Source: Azolla caroliniana
Taxonomy: Eukaryota > Plantae > Polypodiophyta
Reading direction: 5' to 3'
Assembly (NCBI GenBank): GCA_043228905.1
Contig: JBHGNT010000005.1
Coordinates: 22,568,001-22,632,000 of the forward strand
DNA length: 64,000 nt
Made by a program: the position numbers and the translations under genes. Shown here one piece after another: positions 35,377 through 47,388 of the stretch. The notes under the pieces are model-generated. The model was not told the DNA's origin and did not search any database. It was given only the letters and a program-made list of their open reading frames with translations. Each line of letters opens with the position of its first letter. Positions within the stretch are counted from its first letter, which is position 1.

Positions 35377-38300
35377 TTACACATCCGTAGGTCCCTTCGG
35401 ACCCTTACCGTTTTCCTTACGGGTTGCCGTGTCTTCCTTCGCCTCTGCTACGGGTTCCCCGTCGTCTTTTTCTTCCATCCGTACCGTTCCCGGTATAGTG
35501 CCGGTGGTCTGCATAAACGGGTTCTTTGGCATCGGTCCTTTATAGGGCTTTAATCTAAATCCGTTGACCCACTTGCCTAGTACTTCACCGGCAAGTGTCC
35601 CTAACTGATAGGACCCGTTGTATTCCCGTGTCAGCCAATACGGGCCTGTCCATCTGAACCGGAGTTTACCCGGCATCTTGCCCATCCTTGTTTGGAATAC
35701 TAGCACCGGCTTTCCGATTTCGAACATCTTTTCATTACCTTTCCGGTGACGGTCAACGAACGCTTTCCGTCGTCGTTGCTCCAGTTCCATGTGTAGGATG
35801 CTGGCCAGTCGTTGCTCCTCCAGTTCGCATAGTGCTGCTAGCCGCATTTCCTCCGACTTCTTTTCATTCAGCCGTTCCCGTAGTTGGATCCGTAAGCTTG
35901 GTACCTGAAATTCCACTGGCATAACCGCCTCTAAGCCGAACGCTAACCGGAACGACGTTGTCCGGATACTTGTTTTGTATGCCGTTCGGTACGCCCATAG
36001 CACGCTATGGAGCTTTGTATCCCAGTCCGTCCGGTTTTCATTGACGATTTTGCGGAGAATGTTCTGCAGCGTTTTGTTGGTGGACTCTGCTAACCCGTTC
36101 GCTTGTGGGTAGTACGGTGTGCTCCGTTTATGGACCACGGCATAGAACGTTGTTAAGCTTTCCACTACCTAGCCGAGGAAGTGCCCTCCTTGGTCGCTGA
36201 TTAATTCAATCGGACATCCATATCGGCACCAAATGTTCTCGTACAGGAATTTTGCTGTGGATGACGCGGTATTGTCTCTCAAGGCCTTAGCCTCCACCCA
36301 TTTAGTGCAATAATCCGTTGCCACGATGACATAACGATTACCCGTTCTCATTGCCGGTGGCTTGAACGGTCCGACAAAATCCAACCCCCACTTCTGGAAT
36401 GGCTCTAGTGGAAGTACCGGTTGGTGTGGCATTCGTGCTTGCTCCGTAGGCTGGCCCATTCGTTGGCATAGGTCACATTCCTTAGCATACTTGACGGCGT
36501 CTTTTAACGTCGTGGGCCACCATAAGCCGCTCTGCCATACTTTCCTTGCCGTCGCTTCCCCGGCATAGTGTCCTCCGGCAACCCCACAGTGTGCTTCCCG
36601 TAAGATTACTTGTTTCTCGTCACTACGGACTGCCCGTCTCCATATTCCATCTGCTCCTTTATGGTAGAGAGTGTCCTGTAACAGACAGAAATTGCGGCTC
36701 TGCACCGCCAGTCGTTTCCTCTCGTCCCGGTTCATTTCCTCCGGTGGCAGGCCCGTGCTTAGGAACTGGTGCATGTTTGTCAGCCACCTATCTTCTGATG
36801 CCACCGTGTCGTCCGTTGCCGTTTCCGGGGTGATACGGAATAACTCTGCGTCCGGGAATTCATCCGCTACTCCGTCGCCTGATTCTCCGGACTCTAACCG
36901 GCTCAGATAGTCTGCTACGGCATGCTGGATACCGGGCCGATGGAAAATCTCGAATTCGAACTCCTGCAACAGCAAGGTCCAACGGGCCAACTTACCGGTC
37001 AGGGACGCCTTGGACACTAAGTACAGGAGCGCCGAGTGATCCACATGAAAGGAGAACTTCCTTCCCAATAGGTAATGACGAAACTTTGTGACACTGTAGA
37101 TCATGCCTAGGGCCTCCCGTTCCGTCGTCGAATAGTTCTTCTCCGCTTGGGACAGCTTCCGGCTGGCGTAGTATACCGGCCGGTACCATTTGGGCTCCGT
37201 AAGTTGCATTAAGGCGCTGCCGATAGCGATGTCGGAAGCGTCCACGAACACATGAAATTCCTTGCTCCAATCCGGAGGCTGCACGACGGGTGCTTGCGAC
37301 AAAAGTACCTTCAGGGCATTGTATGCCTTATCCTCCGTATCCGTCCATTGGAACGGTGTCCGATGTACCGCGGTGTGTAATGGTGTAGCCAAGTCAGCCA
37401 AGTGGCGGAGCATCCGGCTGTGCCACCGGATCTGTCCTAAGAATCGTCTTAGTGCTTTGGCCGTTTTCGGCGCCGGTGCCCCTAGTATCGCGTTTACTTT
37501 GTCCGGGTCGACCGCAATGCCCTCCTTACTTACAATGTGTCCCAGTAAGATTCCACTTGAAACTCCAAAGATGCATTTTGCTGGGTTTAAGCTTAGCCGG
37601 TATAACCTACACTTTTCAAGGCATAACCGTAGGTGCTGCAAATGGTCTTTTCCCCGGCTATAGACTGCAAAATCATCCAGGAAAACCTGCATGAAGGCAG
37701 GAATGTATTCGCCGAAGATCTCCATGATGATTCGCTGGAACGTTGCTGGTGCCGTTTTTAGGCCGAACATCATTACTTCGGCCACAAACACCCCCCATTC
37801 GGTGACGAACGTTGTCTTCTCCTGGTTGTCGGGGTGCATCCGGATTTGATTGTATCCGTTGAACCCGTCTAAAAAACTATAAACTTCATGGCCGGCGACG
37901 GCATCCAGTACTCCATCCGTGAACGGAAGAGGGAATGCATCCGTAATTGTGGCTGCATTTAGTTTCTTGTAATCTACACACACGCGGATTTTACCGTTCT
38001 TCTTTGGGACGACGACGATGGGGCTCAGCCACGTCGCTTTCTTTACCGGCCGGATGAAGCCCACTCTTAGGAGTTTGTCGATTTCCTCCTTCACTTTGGC
38101 GGCATAGTTGGGGTTCATTCGGTAACGTCTTTGCGCCACTGGTTTCGCGTCCTTGCCTAAGTGGATCTGATGCTGATATAATTGAGGGTCCAGCCCTCGC
38201 ATGTCCTCGTATGACCAGGCGAATACGTCGCGAAACTCCGTGAGAAGTTTGATCATCGCCGCTTTATCTTCCGGCTTCATTTCTTTGGCGATGTGTACCG

Positions 38301-41199
38301 GCTTTGATTCGTCCTTGCTTCCTAGGTTCACTTCGTCGAGCTGGGATGCTTTTACCCGTTGGGAAACGGCCATTTCCCGTTCCAACGCTTCCTGTGCTTG
38401 CCGTAATTCCCGAATCGCATCTTTGTCTGGTTCGGCTTCGGTTTCGTCCCGCTGCGGCAAGTATGGCGCTACGGCTTCAGCCACGTCAATCTCGAAGAGT
38501 GGTACGATCTTCGGGTGTTCCTCCAAGTACTGGGCTTCTTCGTCGTCTGCCAACCCTTCAAGCATGTTTACGCATTCCGCATACAGCGGTGTGCATTCCT
38601 TACCGTTGCTCGTCCGTGGTTGTGTCGGTACCCGGACCTTGGCTTTTCCGCGCCGGAAGGTAATCATATTTTTCCGCCAATTTTGCTTGATGTGTGCTGT
38701 TTTCAACCATGGTCTGCCCAGCAACAGTGGGTACGCGCCTTGCGCCTGTAGCTGCAGCACTACAGCCGAGATGTGAAATGTGTGACCTCCTATGGTGACC
38801 TCCAATTTCCGTATTAAGCCCGTCGGCCGTACAGAGCTCGTATCCGCCATCCGTAGCCAGAACGGACATGGCTCCCATTCATGTATACCCAAGGCATCGC
38901 ACGTGCGGAGGCTTATTACCTTCACCCCGGAACCTCCATCGATTACTGTGCCGGGAAGTTCGTGCCCTTTGACAATAGCTGTAATCGCCGGACTACTAGT
39001 GTCCACCACCGTCGGTCCCTCCTCCGGATTCGAGAAGAGGACTGGTGCCGGTGGGGCTATACCGTCTGTCATGCCCGTTTTTAGTCCTTCCGTAAATTGC
39101 GGCACGAGCTGCAAGAGTCTTCCTAACGGCAACGTGATCTGACATTCTTGCAGTGCTTGCCATGTCTCGTTTTCTGGGTGGCTACCGCCGGCACTCCCTA
39201 TGGTATTCGCCTTTTGCCGTTCCGCATCCACGACGTTCCTTTCATTGGCTTCCTTCACCCATTCCGTCGCCTGTTTTCGTATGGCCTCTTGTGTTTCCCA
39301 CTCTTTGGCCATGCCTTTCGACCGTGTGGTTACTTGCTGTATATCCGCCACTTCCGGAACCACCATATTAACTGCTGGTCGTTTCTCGTAGCTCTTTACC
39401 GGGCACTGGTTACTGTAGTGGCCTTCCTGCCTGCAGTAGTAGCAGTACTCTTTACGGGTATTGCTGGATTCAGCATTGCTGGTAGCCGGAGTCGGTCCCG
39501 TAGTGAGTGGTGCGTTCTGTGCCGGTTGGTTCCTTGGGGTTCCATGTTCCGGGTCCCTAGGGTGACCACCTTTCTTGAAATTACATTTCTTATTATTCTT
39601 ATTTTTATTTCGGTAGTCCTGTCGTGGTGGATCGTAAAATCGGTCGTAGTCTTCCTGGTGCCTTCGGTAACCAGGGGAATGGTCTCTGTCGTATTGCTCG
39701 TGTCGCCTGTTGGGCTCCCGATAACGGTCCGATCGCTCATACCGGTCGTAGTTATCATGCTGATTCCCGTACCGGCCATCATTCTCTTGTCTGTCTCCGT
39801 ACCGGACATCCTGTGCCGGTCGGTACCGGTTCATTTTTTGCCAACGATCTTCATCTTCGTCTCGGCTGCTTCTTGGCTCGATCCGTCGGACGGGTGGTGC
39901 TTGTCGGTTTAACAGGTTATACTCGCACCGGTCTGTTGTATGACTCTTGGATTGACAAATCACACACTGGGTTCGCATGGTGCACTCCACTGCCGAGTGT
40001 CCGGCATTCAAGCAGATTGTGCATTGAATTGCCTGCCGGAACCAGAGATCTTCCTCGGTGGGTAACGCCCGTTGCAGTGTTCCCAGTGTAAGCCATGAGC
40101 TTGACTTTTCCATTTCTCTGACCTGGTCAATGACCTGGTCAATGGTGCTTCCTAGAAAGTCGATTACCGTACACACCGTGCGTAACGGTTCCCGGAGTGC
40201 GTTTAAAAATATCGTCCGTAATTCCTCCTCCGGGGGTGCACGAGCAAGCTGGCTATGCATTCGTTGGAAATGGATGACGAATTGGGGAATGCTTTCCCCT
40301 GCCTCCTGTCGGATCGTATAGAACAGGCCCACCATTGTCGTCTGGTCGACCTCCTTGTGGAAAAAATGCAAGAATTTTGCTTTTAATTCTGCAAAGGTTG
40401 TGATGGTCGCCGGGTCCTGCATCCGCCGCCATCGTGTTGCTGGTCCTTCCAACGTGACCCCGAATTCCGCGATCTTCGAGCGTTCTTCTTCCTCCGGTGT
40501 CATTCGCTGGGACGTGTGATTTGCTTCCCATGTCTGCTCGAAGGCATGAACATGCGCTTCCGCGTCCGGATCATCGCGATACTTTGAGTATTGGAACGGC
40601 ATGTCGTCGTCCAGTATTAGGCCGTGGTTTAGTGGCGTTTGTTGATATCTTTCCGGTTTTCTCTCCGGTTCCACTTCCGGTTCCTCTTCCGGTTCTTTTT
40701 CCGGTTCTTTCACCGGCTCGTCTTCTGGTACCTTCGCCGGCTCTTTCGTTGGTGTCGGTGGCTTTGCTTCTTCCACTTCCGGTGTTTGTGGGTTGACGGC
40801 TTCCGTTTGTGGTTCCGGTTCTGGAGTCGGCACGGTATCCGACCCGTCGTCCTCCGGGCCGCCGGGGGTATCGTTGCTGCTCCGGTAGTTCGTGTGCACG
40901 CTGTATCCCCCTTCGGAATCTGATTCGTAGGCTGAAAAGGCTTCTGCCTCGTTTTCTCCGCTTGCCAGCGCCTCGAGGAGGCGTTCGGTTTCCCGGAGAC
41001 TACTTAGACTGCTTCCGTCGTCCTGGTCGCGAGTTTGCTGTAACCGAAGAGATTCCTCCGCGACTCTCCGGATCTCGTTGGAGAACGAACGATCCGAGCG
41101 AATTTCGTGCGCTGCTTGCTGGAAAGTCTCACGTCGTCTTTGCCATTCGGCGAGGCGTCGAGCTCGGTCTGTAACCAAGTCGTGCGTTGGTCTAGTCAT
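35377..41199 (-). pseudogene. G2 gag-pol polyprotein with a single in-frame TAG at 36169
   Basis: Three CCHC knuckles, VIDGGSG protease, CVDYKKLN / FLDDF RT, VDASDIAIG RNase H, HHCC integrase with WGLDFVGP, ISDQG, YYPQANG and RWTGPY. Confidence 0.95.
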
Positions 41200-41232
41200 C
41201 CATTACCGTCGTTCGCTGCGAGAAAGCAGGAA

Positions 41233-41244
41233 TCGTGGTCGCCA
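41233..41244 (-). other. G2 primer-binding site (probably tRNA-Arg)
   Basis: TGGCGACCACGA lies 6 nt inside the 5' LTR and resembles the complement of the tRNA-Arg(UCG) 3' end GTGGTCGCCA. Confidence 0.55.
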
Positions 41245-41250
41245 AAACTG

Positions 41251-41668
41251 TGTTATTCGCTGGCCGGACAAGGCCTAACACAAGGTGTCACGGAGACACT
41301 TCACCAAAGGGTGATTACGGCATAGGATTAAGATTCAACGATTACACCGACTTACGTAAGTTACACGATTAGAATGCTTTGGTTAATTACACGCGTAAGA
41401 TATAACAGTAATTACAGAACGGAAATCAGACAGAAGTATAAACACCATAAGCTCTATTAATTATCTGCTCCGATTACAATGGGGTCCGGGCCTTTAAATA
41501 GGTTTCCGGCCCGTAGTACAAAACGGTGCCTATCGCACCTATTCGGGATCCGTCCGGATCTGGAACGGCATACCGTTTCCAGTCCGTCCGTCCACACTAT
41601 GCTTATTTACAACCATACTAAATTAATTCCTTCACTCCGTATTTTGGACTCCTTGCCGGCCGGTAACA
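41251..41668 (-). repeat. G2 5' LTR
   Basis: Direct repeat of 31832-32249. Confidence 0.95.
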
Positions 41669-44600
41669 TTCGGCGGTCGTATTTCGGTATGACGGCGTAT
41701 GCCTCGCGACCGAAAATCCTCAGCTTATCATAATTCGGCTTTCTGCCGGTTCATATTTCCTGAGGTATCTTAAGTCGTAGCGGTCTACGTGGCGACATAT
41801 TGATTATGTGTACTGCCGTGAGTAGAGCCTCTGCCCAAAAGCCATCCGACAGTCCGGAGTGTTGGAGCATGGATACAACGCGTTCTTGAATCGTCTGATT
41901 CATGCGTTCTGCGATTCCGTTCTGCTCCGGACTATATGGTGCTGTATATTCACGTCTAATGCCGCGTTCTCGGTAAAATTTGACGAATTCATCAGATTTG
42001 AACTCACCTCCATTTTCGGTTCGGAGACACTTCAGTTTTCGACCGGTCTGGTTTTCGACCATTGCGAGCCAATCTGAGAAGATCGAGAACACCCGATCTT
42101 TGGTTTTGATGGGGTAAGCCCACACCGTCTGAGTCGAGTCGTCAATGAAATTGACGAAGTACGAGGGACCACCGAGTGACTGAGGTGGCATCGGGCCATA
42201 GACGTTCGAGTGGACCAAATCGAGTGGGCTCGACTCTCTTGGTGCTCATGTCGGGTGTGATGCGGCTACCTGTTTGCCGTACTGGCAATGCTCACAAAAC
42301 TGATGGTCCGAGAAGGAGAGTTTCGGGATGTATCCGGCTCTGGATTGGTGCGTGATGCCGGCCTTGCTGAGGTGTCCAAGTCGTCCATGCCATAAGGATG
42401 ACACAGGGATATCTACCAGAAATCAGTCACCCTCTCTGAGTGTGACATACAAAGGGTACAATGAGTGTACCTTTGGTCCTCTAGTTGGCATGAGGTTCCC
42501 TCTATGGAGTGTCCACCCTCCTGATGAGAAACCAGCACGGATGACAACTTCATCAAGTTGTCCGACTGAGATCAAGGGTCGTGAGAGCTCAGGAACGTGT
42601 CAGACGTTGTGTAGTACGAGTGTAGAGCCACCCGGAAGGTTGAGCTCTACGGTGCCGATTCCGATGATAGCACAGTGCTGCGAATTTCCGACCCGAACTG
42701 AGTCGGAGTTCCGGTCCGAATATTGCCGAAACTGTGATCGGTGAGGTGTCACTTGATACGACGCAGCCGAATCTAGAAGCCATGTGGTCGATTCCTCAGT
42801 TGTAAGAAGAACTTCTGATTTGACTGGATTCTCTATGGACAATATGTTCGGGTCGTTCATCAATATCTCGGCTGAAGAGCCGTCGTAGTTGACTTGCTCA
42901 TGCCGGTTACTCCTATGATCAGCTCTCTGAGCATAATCTGTCCTTGACTTGAGTACCCGACAGTCGGCCTTGATGTGTCCCGGTTTCTTGCAGTAGTTGC
43001 AGATTCGGGTTTCCCGGGACTTGCTGCAGCTTCGCTCATTTGTCGGCGGTCGGTCGAACCTTGTACTACATAGGCTTCTTCTGCCAAGTCTTTGGTGAAA
43101 GACTTTCTCTGAGCGGCTTCAGTCAGGATTGCAGTTGTGACTTCGGAGTACTTGATGGCAGTCGTAGAAGTCTTGCACATAGTTGTAACGAAGGTTTCCC
43201 AAGAGGAGGGGAGACTGCTCATGAGTATCATTGCTCTAAGTTCATCCTTGATTGTCATCCCCTGTGACGATATTTGGGAGCTCAAACTTTCGTACTCGTT
43301 AAGGTGTGCCTGAACCGAATCGGAGTCTTTCATCTGGAGGTTGTAGAGGCGTCGGATCAAATACATCTTCGTTGAGGCGACCTTCTTTTCGTAGGTTTCC
43401 GATAGCGTCCGAGAAGGAGAGTTTCAGGATGTATCCGGCTCTGGATTGGTGCGTGATGCCGGCCTTGCTGAGGTGTCCAAGTCGTCCATGCCATAAGGAT
43501 GACACAGGGATATCTACCAGAAATAAGTTACCCTCTCTGAGTGTGACATACAAAGGGTACAATGAGTGTACCTTTGGTCCTCTAGTAAGCAGGAGGTTCC
43601 CTCTATGGAGTGTCCACCCTCCTGATGAGAAACCAGCATGGATGCTAGCTTCATCAAGTTGTCCGAGGGAGATCAAGGGTCGTGAGAGCTCAGGAACGTG
43701 TCGGACGTTGTGTAGTATGAGTGTAGAGCCACCCGGAAGGTTGAGCTCTACGGTGTCGATTCCGATGATAGCACAGTGCTGCGAATTTCCGACCCGAACT
43801 GAGTCGGAGTGCCGGTCTGAATATTGCCGAAACTGTGATCGGTGAGGTGTCACGTGATACGACGCGCCCGAGTCCAGAAGCCATGTGCTCGATTCCTCAG
43901 TCGTAAGCAGAACTTCTGATTCGACTGGATTCTCTATGGACAATATGTTCGTTTCGGTCGTCAATATATCGGCTGAAGAGCCGACACAGTTGACTTCCTC
44001 ATGCCGGTTACTCCTCAGTAGTTGCAGATTCGGGTTTCCCGGGACTTGCTGCAGCTTCGCTCATTTGTCGGCGGTCGGTCGAACCTTGTACTACATAGGC
44101 TTCTTCTGCCAAGTCTTTGGTGAAAGACTTTCTCTGAGCGGCTTCAGTCAGGATTGCAGTTGTGACTTCGGAGTACTTGATGGCAGTCGTAGAAGTCTTG
44201 CACATAGTTGTAACGAAGGTTTCCCAAGAGGAGGGGAGACTGCTCATGAGTATCATTGCTCTAAGTTCATCCTTGATTGTCATCCCCTGTGACGATATTT
44301 GGGAGCTCAAACTTTCGTACTCGTTAAGGTGTGCCTGAACCGAATCGGAGTCTTTCATCTGGAGGTTGTAGAGGCGTCGGATCAAATACATCTTCGTTGA
44401 GGCGACCTTCTTTTCGTAGGTTTCCGATAGCGTCCGAGAAGGAGAGTTTCGGGATGTATCCGGCTCTGGATTGGTGCGTGATGCCGGCCTTGCTGAGGTG
44501 TCCAAGTCGTCCATGCCATAAGGATGACACAGGGATATCTACCAGAAATAAGTTACCCTCTCTGAGTGTGACATACAAAGGGTACAATGAGTGTACCTTT

Positions 44601-45800
44601 GGTCCTCTAGTAAGCAGGAGGTTCCCTCTATGGAGTGTCCACCCTCCTGATGAGAAACCAGCATGGATGCTAGCTTCATCAAGTTGTCCGAGGGAGATCA
44701 AGGGTCGTGAGAGCTCAGGAACGTGTCGGACGTTGTGTAGTATGAGTGTAGAGCCACCCGGAAGGTTGAGCTCTACGGTGTCGATTCCGATGATAGCACA
44801 GTGCTGCGAATTTCCGACCCAAACTGAGTCGGAGTGCCGGTCCGAATATTGCCGAAACTGTGATCAGTGAGGTGTCATGTGATACGACGCGCCCGAGTCC
44901 AGAAGCCATGTGCAAGATTCTTCAGTCGTAAGCAGAACTTCTGATTCGACTGGATTCTCTATGAACAATATGTTCGTTTCGGTCGTCAATATATCGGCTG
45001 AAGAGCCGACACAGTTGACTTCCTCATGCCGGTTACTCCTCTGATCAGCTCTCTGAGCTTTGTCTGTCCTTGACTTGAGTACACAATAGTCAGCCTTGAT
45101 GTGTCCCGGTTTCTTGCAGTAATTGCAGATTCGGGTTTCCCCGGACTTGTTGCGGCTTCGCTGATTTGTCGGCGGTCGGGAAGAGCTTCTTCCCTGATTG
45201 TTCGATCGGTCGGTCGAACCTTGTACTACATAGGTTTCTTTTGCCGATTCTTTGGTGAAAGACTTTCTCCGAGCTGCTTCAGTCAGGATTGCACTTGTGA
45301 CTTCAGAGTACTTGATGGCAGTCGTAGAAGTGTTGCACACAGTTGTAACGAAGGTTTCCCTAGAGGAGGGGAGACTGCTCATGAGTATCATTGCTCTGAG
45401 TTCATCCTCAATTGTCGTCCCCTGTGACGACATTTGGGAGCTCAAACTTTCGTACTCGTTGAGGTGTGCCTGAATCAAATCGGAGTCTTTCATCCGCAGG
45501 TTGTAGAGGCGCCGGATCAAATACATCTTAGTTGAGGCGACCTTCTTTTCGTAGGTTTCCGACAGCTTCTTCCAAAGTTCGAAGGCTGTCGTGCACGATT
45601 GCATTGTGAAGTACACGACTCCGACAGGTGCATCCGAATCGTGGCACGGACGATTCTGTCCAGCTTCTACCACTCATTTGCCTTGTATATTTTTGGAGCA
45701 GTTTCATTCTCAATCGGATCGATCTGACCCTTGACTACAAGATAGTCCTGCATTTGCTCCTCCTTAGACTCATTTCCGATGAGCCAGATGTTGATGCCAT
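41669..45800 (-). pseudogene. A2 gag, protease and integrase with an internal triplication
   Basis: Gag (YEKKVASTKMYLIRRLYNL), WLLDSGASYH-type motif three times, integrase core at 41751-42218. Confidence 0.9.
42307..45562 (-). repeat. Tandem triplication of a ~1.1-kb gag / protease / GAG-pre-integrase block
   Basis: Units 42307-43407, 43408-44432 and 44433-45562; identical junction GGTTTCCGA-TAGCG-TCCGAGAAGG occurs twice. Confidence 0.9.
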
Positions 45801-46478
45801 CAGATTCGGTTTCGGTTGACGAAGCTCGGTTCGGAGTTGACTACGAACCTTCTTGGAGTGCAGCTAGTCGGCTCACCCGATATCGTTCTAGCCGGATTTG
45901 AACTCGAGTCGGTTCGGTTTCGTATGTATGTATTGTTGAAGTTGCTCGAATTGACTCCGGTAACTCGAGGGACAGAACCCGAATGTTACCGAGTCGGAGT
46001 GAGCCTGGTTCGCTTCCGAATATATATGCCAGATACCGATTATTGAAACCGATTATCTGGACCGATTCTGCTTCGGGGACTGCAGCGACGAGAGAGACGG
46101 ATCCAATTGATCCTCCCGAATGTCGATCAGCCGGATGAAGCACGAATTGGGATTGTTGTCTTCAGACCGATCTACACCGAGTGGTTACAATGGGCGGCGA
46201 GCAACATTCGGTGACCTGTTCGGATGCCGTTTAACCGAGTGGAGCACGATCGTGTCAATGTTGCACAAGGGGATTTCACCTCGAGCGGTTACGATCACGA
46301 GGAATAGAGTACAACCGGCTGGCTTACTCCAAGCGAAGATGATCTAATGCGATGAGATGCAAGCCTCGTTTTTCTTCTTCTTCTCTCTTCTCTGTTTCTT
46401 CAAATACAAAACAAAAAAACAGAATGTTGTGATCCAAAGATTCGAATGGCAGTCGGCAGCGGGATGAAGGACATCCAA

Positions 46479-46490
46479 GCTCTGATACCA
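46479..46490 (-). other. A2 primer-binding site (initiator tRNA-Met)
   Basis: TGGTATCAGAGC, 2 nt from the LTR. Confidence 0.9.
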
Positions 46491-46492
46491 AA

Positions 46493-46591
46493 TGTAGGGA
46501 AAGAACAAGGCCGTCAGTGCGGAAGAGATCACATAGTATGAATCTGTGAAGAAGAAATACCTGCGTATGAGAGAGGCAAGAACAAATTACG

Positions 46592-46651
<60 letters not shown>

Positions 46652-46849
46652 GAAAGAATATATATCTATATTCATAAAGGGGCAACCGTTACAACAATGA
46701 ACAACCAACCTTTACAAAAGGTTACAAAGTCACTTTATGTAGTGACTCACTTAGGGCAACTGCCCCTTATGTTATTTACAGAAATAGCCCGAACTTGGTC
46801 TCTTTAAGAGGATAGTGTGAATATGTCCATTATACATTTATATTCGACA
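46493..46849 (-). repeat. A2 5' LTR
   Basis: Direct repeat of 22335-22685. Confidence 0.95.
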
Positions 46850-47388
46850 GGTACTGTATGCACCGGCAGTCGGCTCCCTTATGTATGCGATGGTCGCGAC
46901 ACGGCGTGATATTTCTCACGCCGTAGGAGTCCTCAGCAGATTCATGCACAACCCCGACCGATTGCACTGGAACGCAATCAAGCATGTGTTCAGATATCTA
47001 GCTGGCACAAAACACCACGACATTCCCTTCAACCCGAACTCAACCTCAGGCATAGTCGGTTACACCGACTCGGACTTCACCGACTGTGTGGACAGTCGAA
47101 AATCAAAAACCGGATACTGTTTCAAATTCGGCGATGGAGCAATCTCGTGGAAGTTGAAACTTCAGGAGTGCACAGCTACCTCAATGACCGAAGCAGAATA
47201 TGTAGTTGCGTCCGACGCGGCAAAAGAAGCTTTATGGCTCGGTCGGTTGGCGCACACGTTCCAACAGGTCGACTCCAACTCGGCTCCAATTGTCTACAGC
47301 GACAGTCAGGGTGTTGTTACTTTTTCATAAAACAAGGTTCACCACAATGCCTCCAAGCATATCGACAATCGATATCACTTCGTTCGGG
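46850..47388 (+). pseudogene. Copia A1, right part: RT end and RNase H, truncated
   Basis: MYAMVATRRDISHAVG, YTDSDF, TEAEYVVAS; stops after ...YHFVR. Confidence 0.9.

Larger units (their letters stand above)
31832..41668 (-). mobile_element. Ty3/Gypsy element G2 (non-chromovirus-like, young, with an extra ORF)
   Basis: 418-bp LTRs at 31832-32249 and 41251-41668 differing at ~3 positions; TSD TTCGG on both sides. Confidence 0.97.
22335..46849 (-). mobile_element. Copia A2, full length with two nested Gypsy insertions
   Basis: LTRs at 22335-22685 and 46493-46849; TSD GGTAC at 22330-22334 and 46850-46854; A1 RT frame (SV|LYAPAVGSLMY) resumes after it. Confidence 0.95.
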
